A stretch of 60,445 nt of DNA, counting the filler, from Hausera hauseri (taxonomy: Eukaryota): NCBI GenBank assembly GCA_046269625.1. It is 12 parts of 12 records of this genome, joined end to end, with 100 filler letters (N's around TTAATTAATTAA, not from the genome) between each part and the next. Parts side by side here need not be neighbours in the genome. Positions count along the whole stretch, not along the records: positions 35,395 to 39,511 come from JBJURY010750542.1; positions 39,612 to 43,720 come from JBJURY010756875.1; positions 43,821 to 48,817 come from JBJURY010366595.1; 9 more parts are not named here. One strand, given 5' to 3'. Made by a program: the position numbers and the translations under genes. Below are positions 36,269 to 48,917 of the stretch, in pieces. The notes under the pieces are model-generated. The model saw nothing but the letters and a program-made list of their open reading frames with translations, ran no database searches and had not been told where the DNA came from. Positions within the stretch are counted from its first letter, which is position 1. Each line of letters begins with the position of its first letter.

Positions 36269-36811
36269 TTGAATATTCCATCCGATGCCCATTCTTGTAC
36301 TTATACGATTATACACGATGATCCATATGACGATTTCATATCAAACCATCCCATGACAACGAGCCATACCGTTGCCTCACTCTACGTATCGGGACTTTCC
36401 AACAAGAAACAAACACTTTTCGAAGATAAGACCAGTTTGGTTGCAGATGACTACTCTAGCATGTTACCAAATTCCTTTTTTCGAAAAACATCACCTTCAC
36501 CAGCACCGACGCATTCACGACCGAATACTTATTTTTCATTACCTATACCGCCACAATCCGGAATGAAACGATCACCGGATTTGGATGGAGTTTGCGATCT
36601 GTTGAAAAAGACAGATTCGGAATTAGAGAAAATTCAACAAGACGCCTTTATGATTATTGATAATGACGTTTCTATTCGGATTCAGTGGCGCCGTTTGAAG
36701 AGGAAAACCATTTACGAATTGGCGATAGTTGTGACGATATTCCTTTTACTGATGATGATGCATGTTATACCGATTCTTTCTATGGTTATTCGAATTATAA
36801 GGTGTGGTTAA
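36269..36811 (+). CDS. Hypothetical protein or exon with C-terminal hydrophobic helix (tail-anchor-like)
   Basis: 180-aa open frame ending WRRLKRK..LAIVVTIFLLLMMMHVIPIL; no family recognised. Confidence 0.35.
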   Translation: MNIPSDAHSCTYTIIHDDPYDDFISNHPMTTSHTVASLYVSGLSNKKQTLFEDKTSLVADDYSSMLPNSFFRKTSPSPAPTHSRPNTYFSLPIPPQSGMKRSPDLDGVCDLLKKTDSELEKIQQDAFMIIDNDVSIRIQWRRLKRKTIYELAIVVTIFLLLMMMHVIPILSMVIRIIRCG

Positions 36812-39450
36812 TTAAACATCCACGACTCTCTAAACTTATTGACATATACGGAGCACCCGAACAGTCTGCGATGAACACTAGCCATCAGAGATCGGTTTTG
36901 GTGACTGCCCCCTCGGCTATACGACCCGAACATCATCTGGTCGGAAACCTGGGGGCGTCCGTGATCCGTGCGCCACAACACGCCTCTGGCATCACTCGTC
37001 AACCCCTTTCTTTTTGTTTTTAAAAATAACACATATTTCTACCATACACACTAGTAACACGGACATAGTTTATACCCTCTATATATCTCTATCCTCATTC
37101 CTACACACTTTCGACCTTTATTTGTCGCACAATGGTTCTGTGCTACACCTGTCTGACTCACCTTCTTTTTTCACTTCTCCGATCATTCATCTCACCCTTT
37201 ACTTTCACATCCGGGGTGGTTCGGACCCTGACTTTTCTGCTGAAAATTCCTCCAAAACAAGATCTGGTCGTCGCCCTCCTGATTTTGCACAATCTGCTTC
37301 TCCTTAACCTTCCTTGCACAGAGTTTTTCCTCGATAAAACTAATTCAAGCCGCACTTGGCTACAATTTCATTTACAATGGCTTAAAGCCAATCATATTAG
37401 CGATTCTTTCTTGCGCGCCTAATGACATGCTTCATGTATCTGTTCTTCATATTACTGATCCATCGATTGATAATATAATACAGAAATACTTCAACAAACA
37501 TGCTATAGGCAATCAAAAGCCTTCTAACTTTCTGCAGACCTCTATTTCACACCAAAGTGGTCTTGGCGTTACCCCCACCAACAGTGAAGACTTTATTGGT
37601 TGTTATTTCCTCTCCTCCTTGCCCACTTCCATCAGAGCCCTCCTTACTGTCGTTGACGACTCGACGGTGATTGAAAAACTTGTTCTATTGACCGATAAAA
37701 GTTTGGAAATTTTACTAACTAACAATTCACAACCCGTAGCTGCAGCATCCACGCCTACTCCATCGCACGTAGACACCATTGTTTTCGCACAGCAACTACA
37801 ATTAATGCAAAAACAATACGATATTATACAACATTCAATTTCTGCCACCACGGCCCAACTAAGTAATCTGCCTAGGTCTCGGCAAGGGGAGACCTGTGCA
37901 TCGCGTGAGTGTAGCCTCTCCAGGCACTCATTTCGTTCTAAATATCTTGGCGGACGAATAATTTAGTTTTATCACAATAAATTTCGTAGAAACGCAGAAA
38001 AATGTCTCTTCGGATGTAAATTTTATGACGAGCGTTTTGCGGTGTACAGCCCTATCTGTATTTATCACACAAAATTCCACTCTCTAGCCAGATCCGTGTG
38101 TTCCGGGATGTAAACATTATAAACCAACTTCAGTTTTTTTTCATTTTCTTCTCCTCCCCTTCTTCTTATCAGTCATCTTCTTTTCCTCCACAATCTTCAA
38201 AAAACTAAAAAAGCCGCCAGATGTCACGGCACATTCTGGCATAGGCAATACCGCTCAGTCTTCTGGCCGTCTTAAACCGCCTCCGCATTTTTTTTGTTAA
38301 AAGCTGCACTGTTCTCTGGCAATGCTCCACATATCGATTTTCTTATCGATTCAGGAGCTGCCTTTTCTCTCCTCCATTTGTCCTTCTTCCCTACATCCAC
38401 TGCAGTTTCTTATCCCCTGCTTTTCACTACCAGCGGTCAAGCTTTCCGAATCGCAGGTACCACGGAACTGATTTTTACATTTTCAAACTTTCCAGGCAGG
38501 TTTTTCTGGAAATTCCACATGACCAATATTAAATCGCCAATAATCGGCTCAGATTTTTTGGCCGCACACGACCTGTTAGTTGACTGCAAGTATGGCTGTT
38601 TGCTACGTAGAGACACCGTCGTGAACGTTAACAATTGCCTACCAGACAGCTCAACAGGCACTTTGTCTGCGAACTTACATGTGAATTTGGCATATTGCTC
38701 GTCGGTTGATAACGATACATTTTGTAGTTTATCTATTTTTTCAATTACATTTCAAACATCGAAGTGGATTTTAAAACAATCCGTTAAACCTAATATTAAT
38801 GGCGACGATGTCGTTCGTTCTTCGCCAGTCACAGTTACCGCCTCCTCTAATAATATGCCTCAATCATTTTTATCACTAAATTCCAACCTCAAATCCTATA
38901 TCATTTCTTCTTGTTCTTGCATACTCAAAAAGGACTTTAGTTTTAAGTTCCAATCAACAACTTATCACCACACTGTCACCCAACACCAAAGACCTATCAG
39001 ACAAAAGGTGAGACCATTATCTACTTGTAGACGAAAAGCCGTGGAATTAGAATTTAACGAACTCGAAAAATCTGGTATTATTCGGAGGTCAAAATCACCA
39101 TGGAATTTACCATTACATGTAGTAGGAAAAAAGGACGGTACTTTTTGACCATGTGGTGACTACCGGCAGGTAAACAATCTAACCATCATGGACGCTTACC
39201 CATTACCGCTCATGAAAGACATCCTGCACAGTCTTAACAACACCAATACGTATTCCACAATAAATCTGCACAAAGCCTACCATCAAATTCCCGTTGCACC
39301 CGATGACATTCCAAAGACTGCTGTCATCACTCCATGTGGCATTTACGAATACATCTTTATGCCATTCGGTTTACATAACGCAGCCCAAACCTTTTAACGC
39401 CACATCGACACCGTTCTCTCAAGCCTTAATTTTGCTGATCCTTACATCAG
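36803..39450 (+). mobile_element. Ty3/gypsy CsRN1-like element, degenerate: possible LTR (~36803..37209), gag, protease, RT N-half
   Basis: QKPS..FLSSLP..IRALL gag, YH.KF..A.KC..C knuckle, FLIDSGA..IIGSDFL, SPW..PLHVV.KKDG..CGDYR, DAYPLP, KTAVITP.G.YE..MPFGL.NAAQTF; LTR limits tentative. Confidence 0.85.
38199..38240 (+). promoter_or_regulatory. Putative -1 ribosomal frameshift signal at the gag-pol junction
   Basis: A AAA AAC immediately before TAA, followed by gccgccagatgtcacggcacattctggc with pairing potential (gccg/cggc; ccaga/tctgg). Confidence 0.6.
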
Positions 39451-39915
39451 TGAAGTATGGGGAAAGGAGGACACCGCGTCAAGCTTATTTTCCTATCTCG
39501 AGACCCCCCAGNNNNNNNNNNNNNNNNNNNNNNNNNNNNNNNNNNNNNNNNNNNNTTAATTAATTAANNNNNNNNNNNNNNNNNNNNNNNNNNNNNNNNN
39601 NNNNNNNNNNNGCAGAAATTAGTAAAGTTGTACAATTCTTTGTATATGAAAATTTTCGTACACATATAATGTAAAGCACTTATGGAATAAGTTTCGCAAT
39701 ATTCATTAAATTACTTTTATACTGAAACAACTTATCATTTTTTACTTGTTTCTGGATGGTTGTAAAAATTATTTAAATATTTGAACTGATAGTAGCACTC
39801 GTGACTTCTTGGCACCAAACTACATAAACGTGCAAAATTAATATTTTCCAAATTTATTTAATATACAAATATAATTGACAGTGTATCACAAGAATGAAGA
39901 TATCACAAATGCCCC

Positions 39916-41364
39916 TTAACCGAACGTCCGAATTATATTAGCAATACTGCTGTATGTTCCCAGTCCAATAGAACACACACCCAACGTAAAAATTGCTCCA
40001 TTTACCACCAATTCATATTTCCAAAATCGTCCACACTTCGTCGACCATAAAACGACCGAATAACAAATCACCGGAAAAATGTACATCAAAGAAGTCTCCG
40101 TCGTTGCACCGATTAACGACACGAACAAATCCAACTGAGGAACGGCCACCGATAACAAAGTCGTAATTGCGACGACCGCAACTCGAACGCCAATATTCGA
40201 TAGTTTTTTGACCTTTGCCGTTTTAATATGTTCAAAAAATTTTTTCCAAACTGCGCTGAAAAATACGAAACCTTGGAGAGCATAACTGATGAAAATCGAG
40301 AGGATGTAGAGTGGTTTGCATAAAAAGTAATACCAAGGACTAATAGGGATGGATAAGATAATCGAACTGCTGATTGAATCACCGAATTTCCAGTATCCGG
40401 CGAATCCGACAAGTAGATATATACACAGAACGGTTGACGTTCCAATGTTCAGAACACCACACGGTTTCAAGATGTTGTTCTTATTTTTCATATGACTCTC
40501 TAGCGGGTTTATTAACATAATGGATTCGAAGGCAAATGTTACGATGCCCAGAAACATTGGCATAGCATCAGTTAGTCTGAACATTGGTAGCTGACAAATC
40601 GGAAGCGGATCTTGAAAGCAATAAACAAGCGCTATTAAAATACTTATAGCCATCAATACGTTTGCTACTTGAGAGAAGTAAGCAAGTCCTCTGAGAGTCT
40701 TGATGAACAGTAAAGGTAAAAATATGATGAACAAACCAAGTAAATAAAGTCGAACGGATATGGAATCCTTCTGTATGGAAGCGTAATAATCAACAATAGA
40801 TTTCGTATTTTCAACAACAAATATTTGATATGATGACATACTGCCTATTTGAACACTAAACAAAAACCAATACAATGCATGGTGCAGCCAATAAAATTTC
40901 CTAAACTTCATTTCTGCACATTCAAAGCACAGTTTGACTGTTTTTTCATAGTCCAAATTGTCGATGGGTGTCTTATAAACAGATCGTATATGCATCACTA
41001 CTCGAAGCAGTAGCCTCATACAATATATGGAAACAATCGATAGAAATAAAATCGACAGAATTCCCAGAACCCATCCAGCATATTTCAGTGCTGAAGGCAG
41101 AGCCAAAATACCAGTACCCGCACTGGCTTTGATTAAATTCATTATTGCCTGAAAGTCAGTGAGTTCGTGATAATCGTTCGTTTCCACAGTGGGTTCAATA
41201 GACGGCAGTTTGCTCCACTGAAATTCGGATTTGTCTCGGTAGACATAACCTTTTAATTTGGTAGAATTATCTGGATTAGGCACTGGTACTTCATTTTCGG
41301 TTTGGTGGAGTAATAGTGGTAAACATTCGGAGCTGTAGTGTTTGTTGGGTGTATCTAAACTCAT
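39916..41364 (-). CDS. Proton-coupled amino acid transporter (SLC36/PAT, Aa_trans family), intronless
   Basis: Intact 482 aa; NLIKASAGTGILALP.A..AG, FAFES..PLESHM..P.GVLN, GFAGYWKFG, SYALQ, VPQLDLFVSLIGA; about 11 hydrophobic segments. Confidence 0.95.
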   Translation of the reverse strand: MSLDTPNKHYSSECLPLLLHQTENEVPVPNPDNSTKLKGYVYRDKSEFQWSKLPSIEPTVETNDYHELTDFQAIMNLIKASAGTGILALPSALKYAGWVLGILSILFLSIVSIYCMRLLLRVVMHIRSVYKTPIDNLDYEKTVKLCFECAEMKFRKFYWLHHALYWFLFSVQIGSMSSYQIFVVENTKSIVDYYASIQKDSISVRLYLLGLFIIFLPLLFIKTLRGLAYFSQVANVLMAISILIALVYCFQDPLPICQLPMFRLTDAMPMFLGIVTFAFESIMLINPLESHMKNKNNILKPCGVLNIGTSTVLCIYLLVGFAGYWKFGDSISSSIILSIPISPWYYFLCKPLYILSIFISYALQGFVFFSAVWKKFFEHIKTAKVKKLSNIGVRVAVVAITTLLSVAVPQLDLFVSLIGATTETSLMYIFPVICYSVVLWSTKCGRFWKYELVVNGAIFTLGVCSIGLGTYSSIANIIRTFG

Positions 41365-42016
41365 TTAATGAATACTGAACTTTATCAATATTACTTTATT
41401 TACTCAGCGTATGTAAGTGCCATTACAGATAATCTGAGGTCGATTAAGTGACATCTGACATTTCAGAGTTATAGTAAATGCAAATATTTTATGTATAATG
41501 AGGGGGGGGGTTAAATGAATAAGTTAATTAAATGAAATTAAAATTTATTTACGGTTTTTTTGTTTCCGGCCATCTTCAATTTTTCCATAACGCACAGAAG
41601 AATTTTTGGATAAAACCAAATTCTCGCCCNNNNNNNNNNCGCCCATTTTCGACCAATAATATTTGAAATATTGTGTTCTCTTGATGCTCTATCCAATCAA
41701 AACGGTGTTCGTTAATGTGTGAAGCTACACAACTGATAATCAAAAGAGGGCGAGTAAAGAAGTGCGTAGTGACGTAACCTTTAAAAACACTGATTACACA
41801 ATATTAGTCCTACTTGCAAAAATCATTTACTATATTAAATTTTGTACCCCAGTTAGCAGTAATGTTACAAAGAGCTGAATTTTATTGTCTACTTGCACCA
41901 AGAACTTTTTCATGAGTCATTGATATAATACGTCATTTTGATTGGATAAAGGAATTTCTTGTGAATTAAAGAAAGAAAGTGTTAGGTTTAGTCTGTATTT
42001 CGAAAAATAAAAATCG

Positions 42017-43474
42017 TCAGAAAAATGTTTTGATGATCGTAGCAAGGCTGCTATACGTACCAAATGAAGCAGCGAAAATCCCCAATGAAAATATCCCTCC
42101 ATTAAGAACCAATTGAAATTTCCAAAATCGTCCAGATCTCGTCGAATATACAATGACCGAATGGCAAATCACTGGAAACAGAAACATCAAACTCATTTCG
42201 GCTACTGCTCCGAATAACGAAGCAAACAGATCCAACTGTGGCACAGCCACTGATAATACTGTTGTAATGACTACTATACCAATTCGAATACAGATATCCG
42301 AAATGAATTTTGCCCGGCCACTTTTAGCCTTTACCACAACTCGTTCCCAAATCATTTCAAACAACACAAACCCTTGTAAAGGGTAACTAATGAGAATGGA
42401 AATGATGAACAAAGGCTTGCACATGAAGTAATACCATGGGGTTACCGGTATCATCACCATAATGGAACTGCTTATTTCATCCCCAAATTTCCAGTAACTA
42501 GCGAATGAGATGAGCAAATAAAAACCGAGCACGATTGACGCACCAATATTGATAACACCACACGGTTTTAGTAAATTCTCCCGTTTCTTAATGTGACATT
42601 CAATTGGATTGATCAGTACAATGGACTGGAATGCAAACATTATGATACCGAATGATGCTGGAGTGGTAACTGTGAATTTGGCCAGCGGCAGTTTATTGAT
42701 CGGAATGGGATCATGAAAACAATAAACGAGTGCTATGGTAATACTGATCATCGTCAAGACATTTGCCCCCTCAGAAAAATACGCAATACAACGAAGAGTT
42801 CGGATGAACATCAGCGGCAAAAACAAGACAAACAAACCAAGCAAATACAGTCGAATTGATACCGAATTTTCCCCCATCGGAATGTAATAATCAACAATAG
42901 ATTTCGTATTTTCAGCTACGAAAATTTGATACGAAGATAACGTTCCTATCTGGGCCAAAAACAGACACAAATACAGTGCATGGTGCATCCAGCAAAATTT
43001 TCGAAATCGTTCGTCGGCAGTTTCGAAACATAACTTTACAGTCTTTTCGTAGTCTAAATTGTTGATATATGTTGGACAAACTGATCGTAAATGGATGACG
43101 ACTCGCAGAAGTAACCGAACACAATAAACAGAAATGGTCAAAATGAATACTATTAAGAAAATCCCCAGAACCAAACCGGAATATTTGAGAACCGAAGGCA
43201 AAGCTAAAATTCCCGTATCTGCACTGGCTTTGATCAGATTCATCAAAGCCTGGAAACTCGTTAGTTCTTTGACTTCGTACTGTTCATCCATAGCATCGAT
43301 GGATATGGACCTCCTTTCGTAAAATGCAAATTGTGTTGCGTAAGGCGAATAAGAAGAATAATCAAATCTTATAGTACTTTTGTACCTCCTTACCGGTCGC
43401 TCATTTTCTATTTGGTTTTGCAGTAGTGGCAGGATTTCTAAGCTGCGACATTTTCTGTGGTTTGAAAGATTCAT
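42017..43474 (-). CDS. Proton-coupled amino acid transporter (SLC36/PAT), tandem paralogue, intronless
   Basis: Intact ORF collinear with 39916..41364; first ATG (MNLSNH) at 43474. Confidence 0.93.
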   Translation of the reverse strand: MNLSNHRKCRSLEILPLLQNQIENERPVRRYKSTIRFDYSSYSPYATQFAFYERRSISIDAMDEQYEVKELTSFQALMNLIKASADTGILALPSVLKYSGLVLGIFLIVFILTISVYCVRLLLRVVIHLRSVCPTYINNLDYEKTVKLCFETADERFRKFCWMHHALYLCLFLAQIGTLSSYQIFVAENTKSIVDYYIPMGENSVSIRLYLLGLFVLFLPLMFIRTLRCIAYFSEGANVLTMISITIALVYCFHDPIPINKLPLAKFTVTTPASFGIIMFAFQSIVLINPIECHIKKRENLLKPCGVINIGASIVLGFYLLISFASYWKFGDEISSSIMVMIPVTPWYYFMCKPLFIISILISYPLQGFVLFEMIWERVVVKAKSGRAKFISDICIRIGIVVITTVLSVAVPQLDLFASLFGAVAEMSLMFLFPVICHSVIVYSTRSGRFWKFQLVLNGGIFSLGIFAASFGTYSSLATIIKTFF

Positions 43475-44899
43475 TAGACGACAGTTGAACTTTATCAGCA
43501 CACTTCATTAACGCAGTTTATGTAAATATGATTAATCCACTGTTCAATTATTACGCACGTGGCCTTCAATTTGATGACGATAAAATGTTTGTTAGATAAT
43601 AAAGTAGATTCACTGTTTGGTGTATAGTTGGGTAATTTGAGCATGAATTAAAAACGAAGGCAATGAACAAGCTTACTATTTTGATTCCATATTATAGATA
43701 TGAATTTTTCATTCGTTCATNNNNNNNNNNNNNNNNNNNNNNNNNNNNNNNNNNNNNNNNNNNNTTAATTAATTAANNNNNNNNNNNNNNNNNNNNNNNN
43801 NNNNNNNNNNNNNNNNNNNNAGGCTAGAGAAAGTGGAAAGCCCTTAATATTTCCTCAAGTACCATGTGACACTGATTCATCATTATATGTCCTTAAGTAC
43901 ACTGTCAAAACGGTCGATGTTCATAACATCTTGTGGTGTATCATAGTACAGCAAGTGCTCTACACTTACCTCGATCTGCAACCAGTCCTTGTATAGTGCC
44001 CCAGCTATGCTACATGTTAGTCATTTCTCACGGTTAGTCATGTCTCTCTTGAATGTTTCTGGGTCAGATAATAGACTTCTATTTACCCCAGAAGACTAGT
44101 TAGATGAGCTCTATCACTGCTAGGATAGTGTGTGCTTGCGACACTATACAATTACACTCAGAGATATGTAGATGAAACCCTTTTTTAATTGTCTCAATCA
44201 ATATTTATTAACTTATCCCACTGCATGCTGTTTAATGTTAACTTGTCTGACAGTTTCAATTATCACTTCCATCTACTGGACCGCTAGCTCTTTTGCCATC
44301 TGAGCAGTATGACTAGGATGGTCTTCATCAACAATTATTGAACACCTTTCAGGGAATTCTTGGGACAGCTGTCACTTCTTTACATGACAAAAAAAAACTT
44401 GTTAACAGAAACAAGAAGCATGCTCTTTTTCAGAAAATATCTCTGTGGACAGAAACCAGACAACAGAACACAGCTCTTCTAAACTCCGTGTGCATGGCAA
44501 CCATTTTAAGATGGAACATAATATCAAGTTGAATTGTAATGTCGGTTAATACTTAGAATCTTCTCGCTGATGTTTACAGGTATCCCACATCAGTATTTCG
44601 TCTAACCGCTGCCTTGCTTTCATGGTTTTTACAAGACTATAACGGCAAATAGATAAAAGATAACGGTCTGTGTACACTGAAATCTTGACAAATTCCTGGA
44701 CTTTCATTATCTGGTACACATTACTATCCTCTCTCCGTGGGAATGTAGCAACAGAACAGAAGAGCTGCATGTCCTTTTTCTTTCATTTTAATAATTTTTC
44801 GAGCTTCTTTTTTATCATAGGCCAGTCGATATGGTCTTTTCTTTATTGGTTTATCTTGACCCTCTTAATTTAATGGTCGCTTTATTACATTCATCATTC

Positions 44900-46967
44900 T
44901 TATATCATAGAGCATTATGATCCACGTCTTATCGTCAAATTTAAACATGGGTGCATTGTATCTGTTCCTGCTAATAATATTCGTCGTACTATTTCTTCGT
45001 TCCTATCTCTTATTTCGGATATCACTTATTCTTGTTCTTTTTGTCCTTCCTCTTCTGGCTTCTGTTTGAACCGTGACATCCTGAGTGTCACCTAATAGTT
45101 GCTCTTCTGCTTCCTGAGGTTCCAGTTCCCTCATTATATTGTCTATTGTTTCTTCAGCTCTCGCATCAGGATGTATCTCTATTATCGCGATTGGGTTATA
45201 GTTTGCCCTTCTACATCCGATCCTCAGTAAATTATCATACCTGTATATCGGTCCTCAGTAAAAACTCAACCCATATACTTTTTCTTTATAAAAAGGTTCT
45301 ATCTTTTCAACCTTCTCTTATAATATTAACATGTCGTCCGTTTCATTTATTCTGATGACTCTCATATACTGATTTCCTTCCTTTAGCGTTAGTCTTACTG
45401 TTTTGTTTCTTCCTCTTTCGTCTTCAGCTACTTTGGCTAGTATCGTACGTGCTATTTCTCTGACTGGACTAGTATCGTGAGCAAATAATAATAATTTAAA
45501 CAAAATTTCATTTATTTTAGCTGTTCATACCTTACTATTTATCATCTTTAATATTGTGGCTGTTGCAATATTTACATAAATTATATTTTCAGGATCTATA
45601 GCAGTTACTGCTTGAATTAGATCATCTTCAGCATATAGATCCACTTCAATATCGTGCATTACTTGCTCAATCACGGTTTCGTCGAATATTTTTGTAGGTT
45701 GGACTTTTCCCCCACTTTTCTCCGACGTTGACTCTCCAGGATTACATTTCTTTCGTCCTCTTTTCCTCTTTCTGTGTCACTTTTTTCTGTAGAGGTTTCT
45801 TTTGATTCAACATCGTCGACTATCTTTTATTACCTTTCTTTATTCCTTTTCGAGATTTTTTACCTTTTTGTTTTACTTCCACTACATAAGTACTATTTTC
45901 TTTTAATTTTTTCTGTTGGATCTCGTAGTCTTTTAGTTCCATGGCCAATTAGGTTTTCATACGTTGAAATATAGTGTCGTTAACATAATTTACACTTTCT
46001 TATTATCTTTATTTTTAGTTTCATGCTCGCTGTCTTCCGCCTCAAATTCCTTATCGGATGATTTATCCGAGGTGGCTGATGTATAGTCGTTTTTCTTTTG
46101 TTTATTATTATTATTAGACTTTGAGGGCTCTCTTTTACGTGACCTACATGATTTTGCTATGTGGCCATATTTATTATAGTTAAAACACTTTAATTGTCCT
46201 TCCGAATCTATATTGGTAATGTTCTTCCCTCCTTCATTGGATATTTTTTTTTATAATTTGACTTCTCCCATCATTCTTTAGTTTAAACCTTACTTTTCTA
46301 CGTCTAATTCAGCATATGTGACTGATATTTGTGAGGAGCTTTGGTTTCTCTCATAACATTGATACTTTTGCGTACTATTAGTCTTCCGTTTATCGTGATT
46401 ACCGTCATAACTTTTAGGCTTTTTCCACCTATATAGTTCCGTATCTCGTTCGGCTTTGCGTGCCTTCCTTATGGTTTCCTGAAACGTAGGTGGGTCAGCA
46501 TGCAGAATTAATGTTCTTAATTTTCCTTCCAGTCCGTATTGGAACTGAACGAACAATGCGTTACTTCTTATTGGTGCGTCACGGTATGCCCTTGCTGCAA
46601 ACTTTTTCGGTACACAGACAAAACTTTGGACCGTCTCATCCTTTAGTTGCTTTCTTCGTATAAATTCTTCTATTCTTCCCTTTCCAAAGGGATAAACTAG
46701 AAACTTTTGAGGTAACTTATTTTTGACGGTTTTCCAATCGTTTTCGTCATCTTCTGGCATCTGGAAGTAAATCGTTAAGGCTTTCCCTTTTAAGTGAAGA
46801 TGTAACCTATTCATCCTTTGGTCATTCCAACCAAAACTTTTTGAGTGTACTTCATACTCCGTGATAAAATCCGGTATGTCTTCCTTTCATGAAAACTTCT
46901 TCATGGGCAAAGTGATATCAGCCTTAGACCGTATCACCTGCTCTACGTTATGATCGCTTCGGGCCAT
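44900..46967 (-). pseudogene. gag: Ty3/gypsy-type gag (CCHC at 46146..46187) followed by charged tract, helical domain and ubiquitin-like domain; no protease or RT seen
   Basis: L.LHLKGKAL..W..K..RKQ..DETV..F..F.YGL; CFNYNKYGHIAKSC; VRLTLKEGNQYMRVIRINETD..EPFY..YGLSFY. Confidence 0.82.
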
Positions 46968-47120
46968 TCCGTTTTCTTCTTCCTCACTTATATTATTTAT
47001 AAATTCCAATCAGAGTGCTAAATTATCTTTTGGGTCTACTTAGTATGGTGTCCCCTTCCTAGTCGTAATTTTGATAACTTAGTTACTTCTTCTTATCTAA
47101 AGGTCTTCTAGGATGAGTTA

Positions 47121-47138
47121 TCTCGGGTCATGGCACCA
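47121..47138 (-). promoter_or_regulatory. PBS (tRNA-His-like) adjacent to LTR end (CA at 47140)
   Basis: TGGTGCCATGACCCGAGA about 150 nt upstream of the gag ATG. Confidence 0.7.
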
Positions 47139-48917
47139 GTGGTTCAAATACCGCTAATAATTGAGATAGAAGAGCAATAATATCTATTCCGTTAAATCAG
47201 TTACTGAAGATAACAATAACGTTATTAGAATATAAGGATTTTACCTAACTATCCCATAGGTTGTATATAAGAGTCCCCGTAAATAAATTAATTTACTTAC
47301 TTTGGTTTTACTTTAGGGTGTCGGACCGACCGTGTGTCGGGACCTGTGCCAAATTAATAAGAACAATTACTTAGATTACTTAGTTCTCTAGAGATAAAAT
47401 AAAAACGATATATACTCTGTAATGTAAAACCAACAATAAGATATAACTCATATGAAAAGTTTAACAACGATAAACAAGAATATCAATAAAAACTTACAGC
47501 TTTACATCTCGGATGAGTTTCAAAGTCTCGCAGTTTTTTCCAAAGTTCTAGTTTACATGCAATTCTATATATAGTACCTCGCTGGGTACTATAAAATAAA
47601 AGGAGCAAATAAAAATTAATCGGTATATAAATTAAAACACCAAAATACACATAATATGATCGTATGACCATAATTCAAACCATAGAATATCAACACAACA
47701 TATATTAATTATCAATAGTCAGTTCGATAGGAGAAATTAATACACATAATCACTTCGACGAAAGAATTTAATTCAACATCTATTTGTTGTCAGTAATCTA
47801 GTCAATTCGACAAAGGAAATTAATTTCATATATGTTCGCTGTCCATAATCAGTTCGACAAATTTAAAATATGAAAATCTTCTATGAATGAATTAAAATTT
47901 ATCTTAAAAACGTATTATTCTATACATAAAGCCTAAACTCTGAAATCAATTTGCAAACAGGTTTTTTAATGTTATCTTTCCCCAAAGAACAACAATACAT
48001 ACATTTGCAATACGACCATAAATTATACGCATACTGCTATGACGTGGTAAACGTTAACTCAACGTTCACCGATTTTATTTAACCACAATTTAAATTCTTG
48101 AAATGAATATTATATCGAGTGACGTTAAAAATGCATTTCATAAGCCGCTTCGTTTATGAATTGTTACAATCACTAATTAGACATTACAAACAGATATTAC
48201 CAGTTTTTTATTTGAATTCTCGTACTACTTTTTGTTGTTTTGTACGGTTTATTTGTTATTCTAATAGTACTCTGACACCTTTTTAACATTGTTTATGATT
48301 ACAAAAATAAATTTTATTGACACTTCCTTGTTATATTGCGAAAAATAAACATTCACAACTTCCCATAAGCTAAACGTAGATATCCGGCATAAATTTACCT
48401 CGCAGAATGAATATAATGTTTATACTTAGTTAATTTTAGTTTCATCTGAACATCATGATACGAAAATATCGATGAATAAAATTTAGAAGTCAAAACCAAA
48501 TAGGAATTTCCATGGTATTTTGTCCAGCATTTTGGCATTTATGATCATCTCTATGTAACATTATAGTTTTATGTAGTAAACATTTTTAACATCTAAACTG
48601 GAATTAGAATTTTGTATTTCAAGTTTTGTTTTCAAACTTGTATAATTCCATGGGAAAAACTCGAAATATGTTATAAATATTTTAAGACTATACGTTTCAT
48701 CATTTGATATATATCTTAGAATTCGGTTGGTGAAATAAAATCCAAAATTTATTTATTTTAAATTTTATACCAATTGTCTTTACGATTGTTTGTGTTCTGG
48801 AAAGGTTAGGTGAATAANNNNNNNNNNNNNNNNNNNNNNNNNNNNNNNNNNNNNNNNNNNNTTAATTAATTAANNNNNNNNNNNNNNNNNNNNNNNNNNN
48901 NNNNNNNNNNNNNNNNN

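Noticed and set aside
43821-44770. Decayed coding-like sequence
   Set aside because: No recognisable motif in the frames I could read
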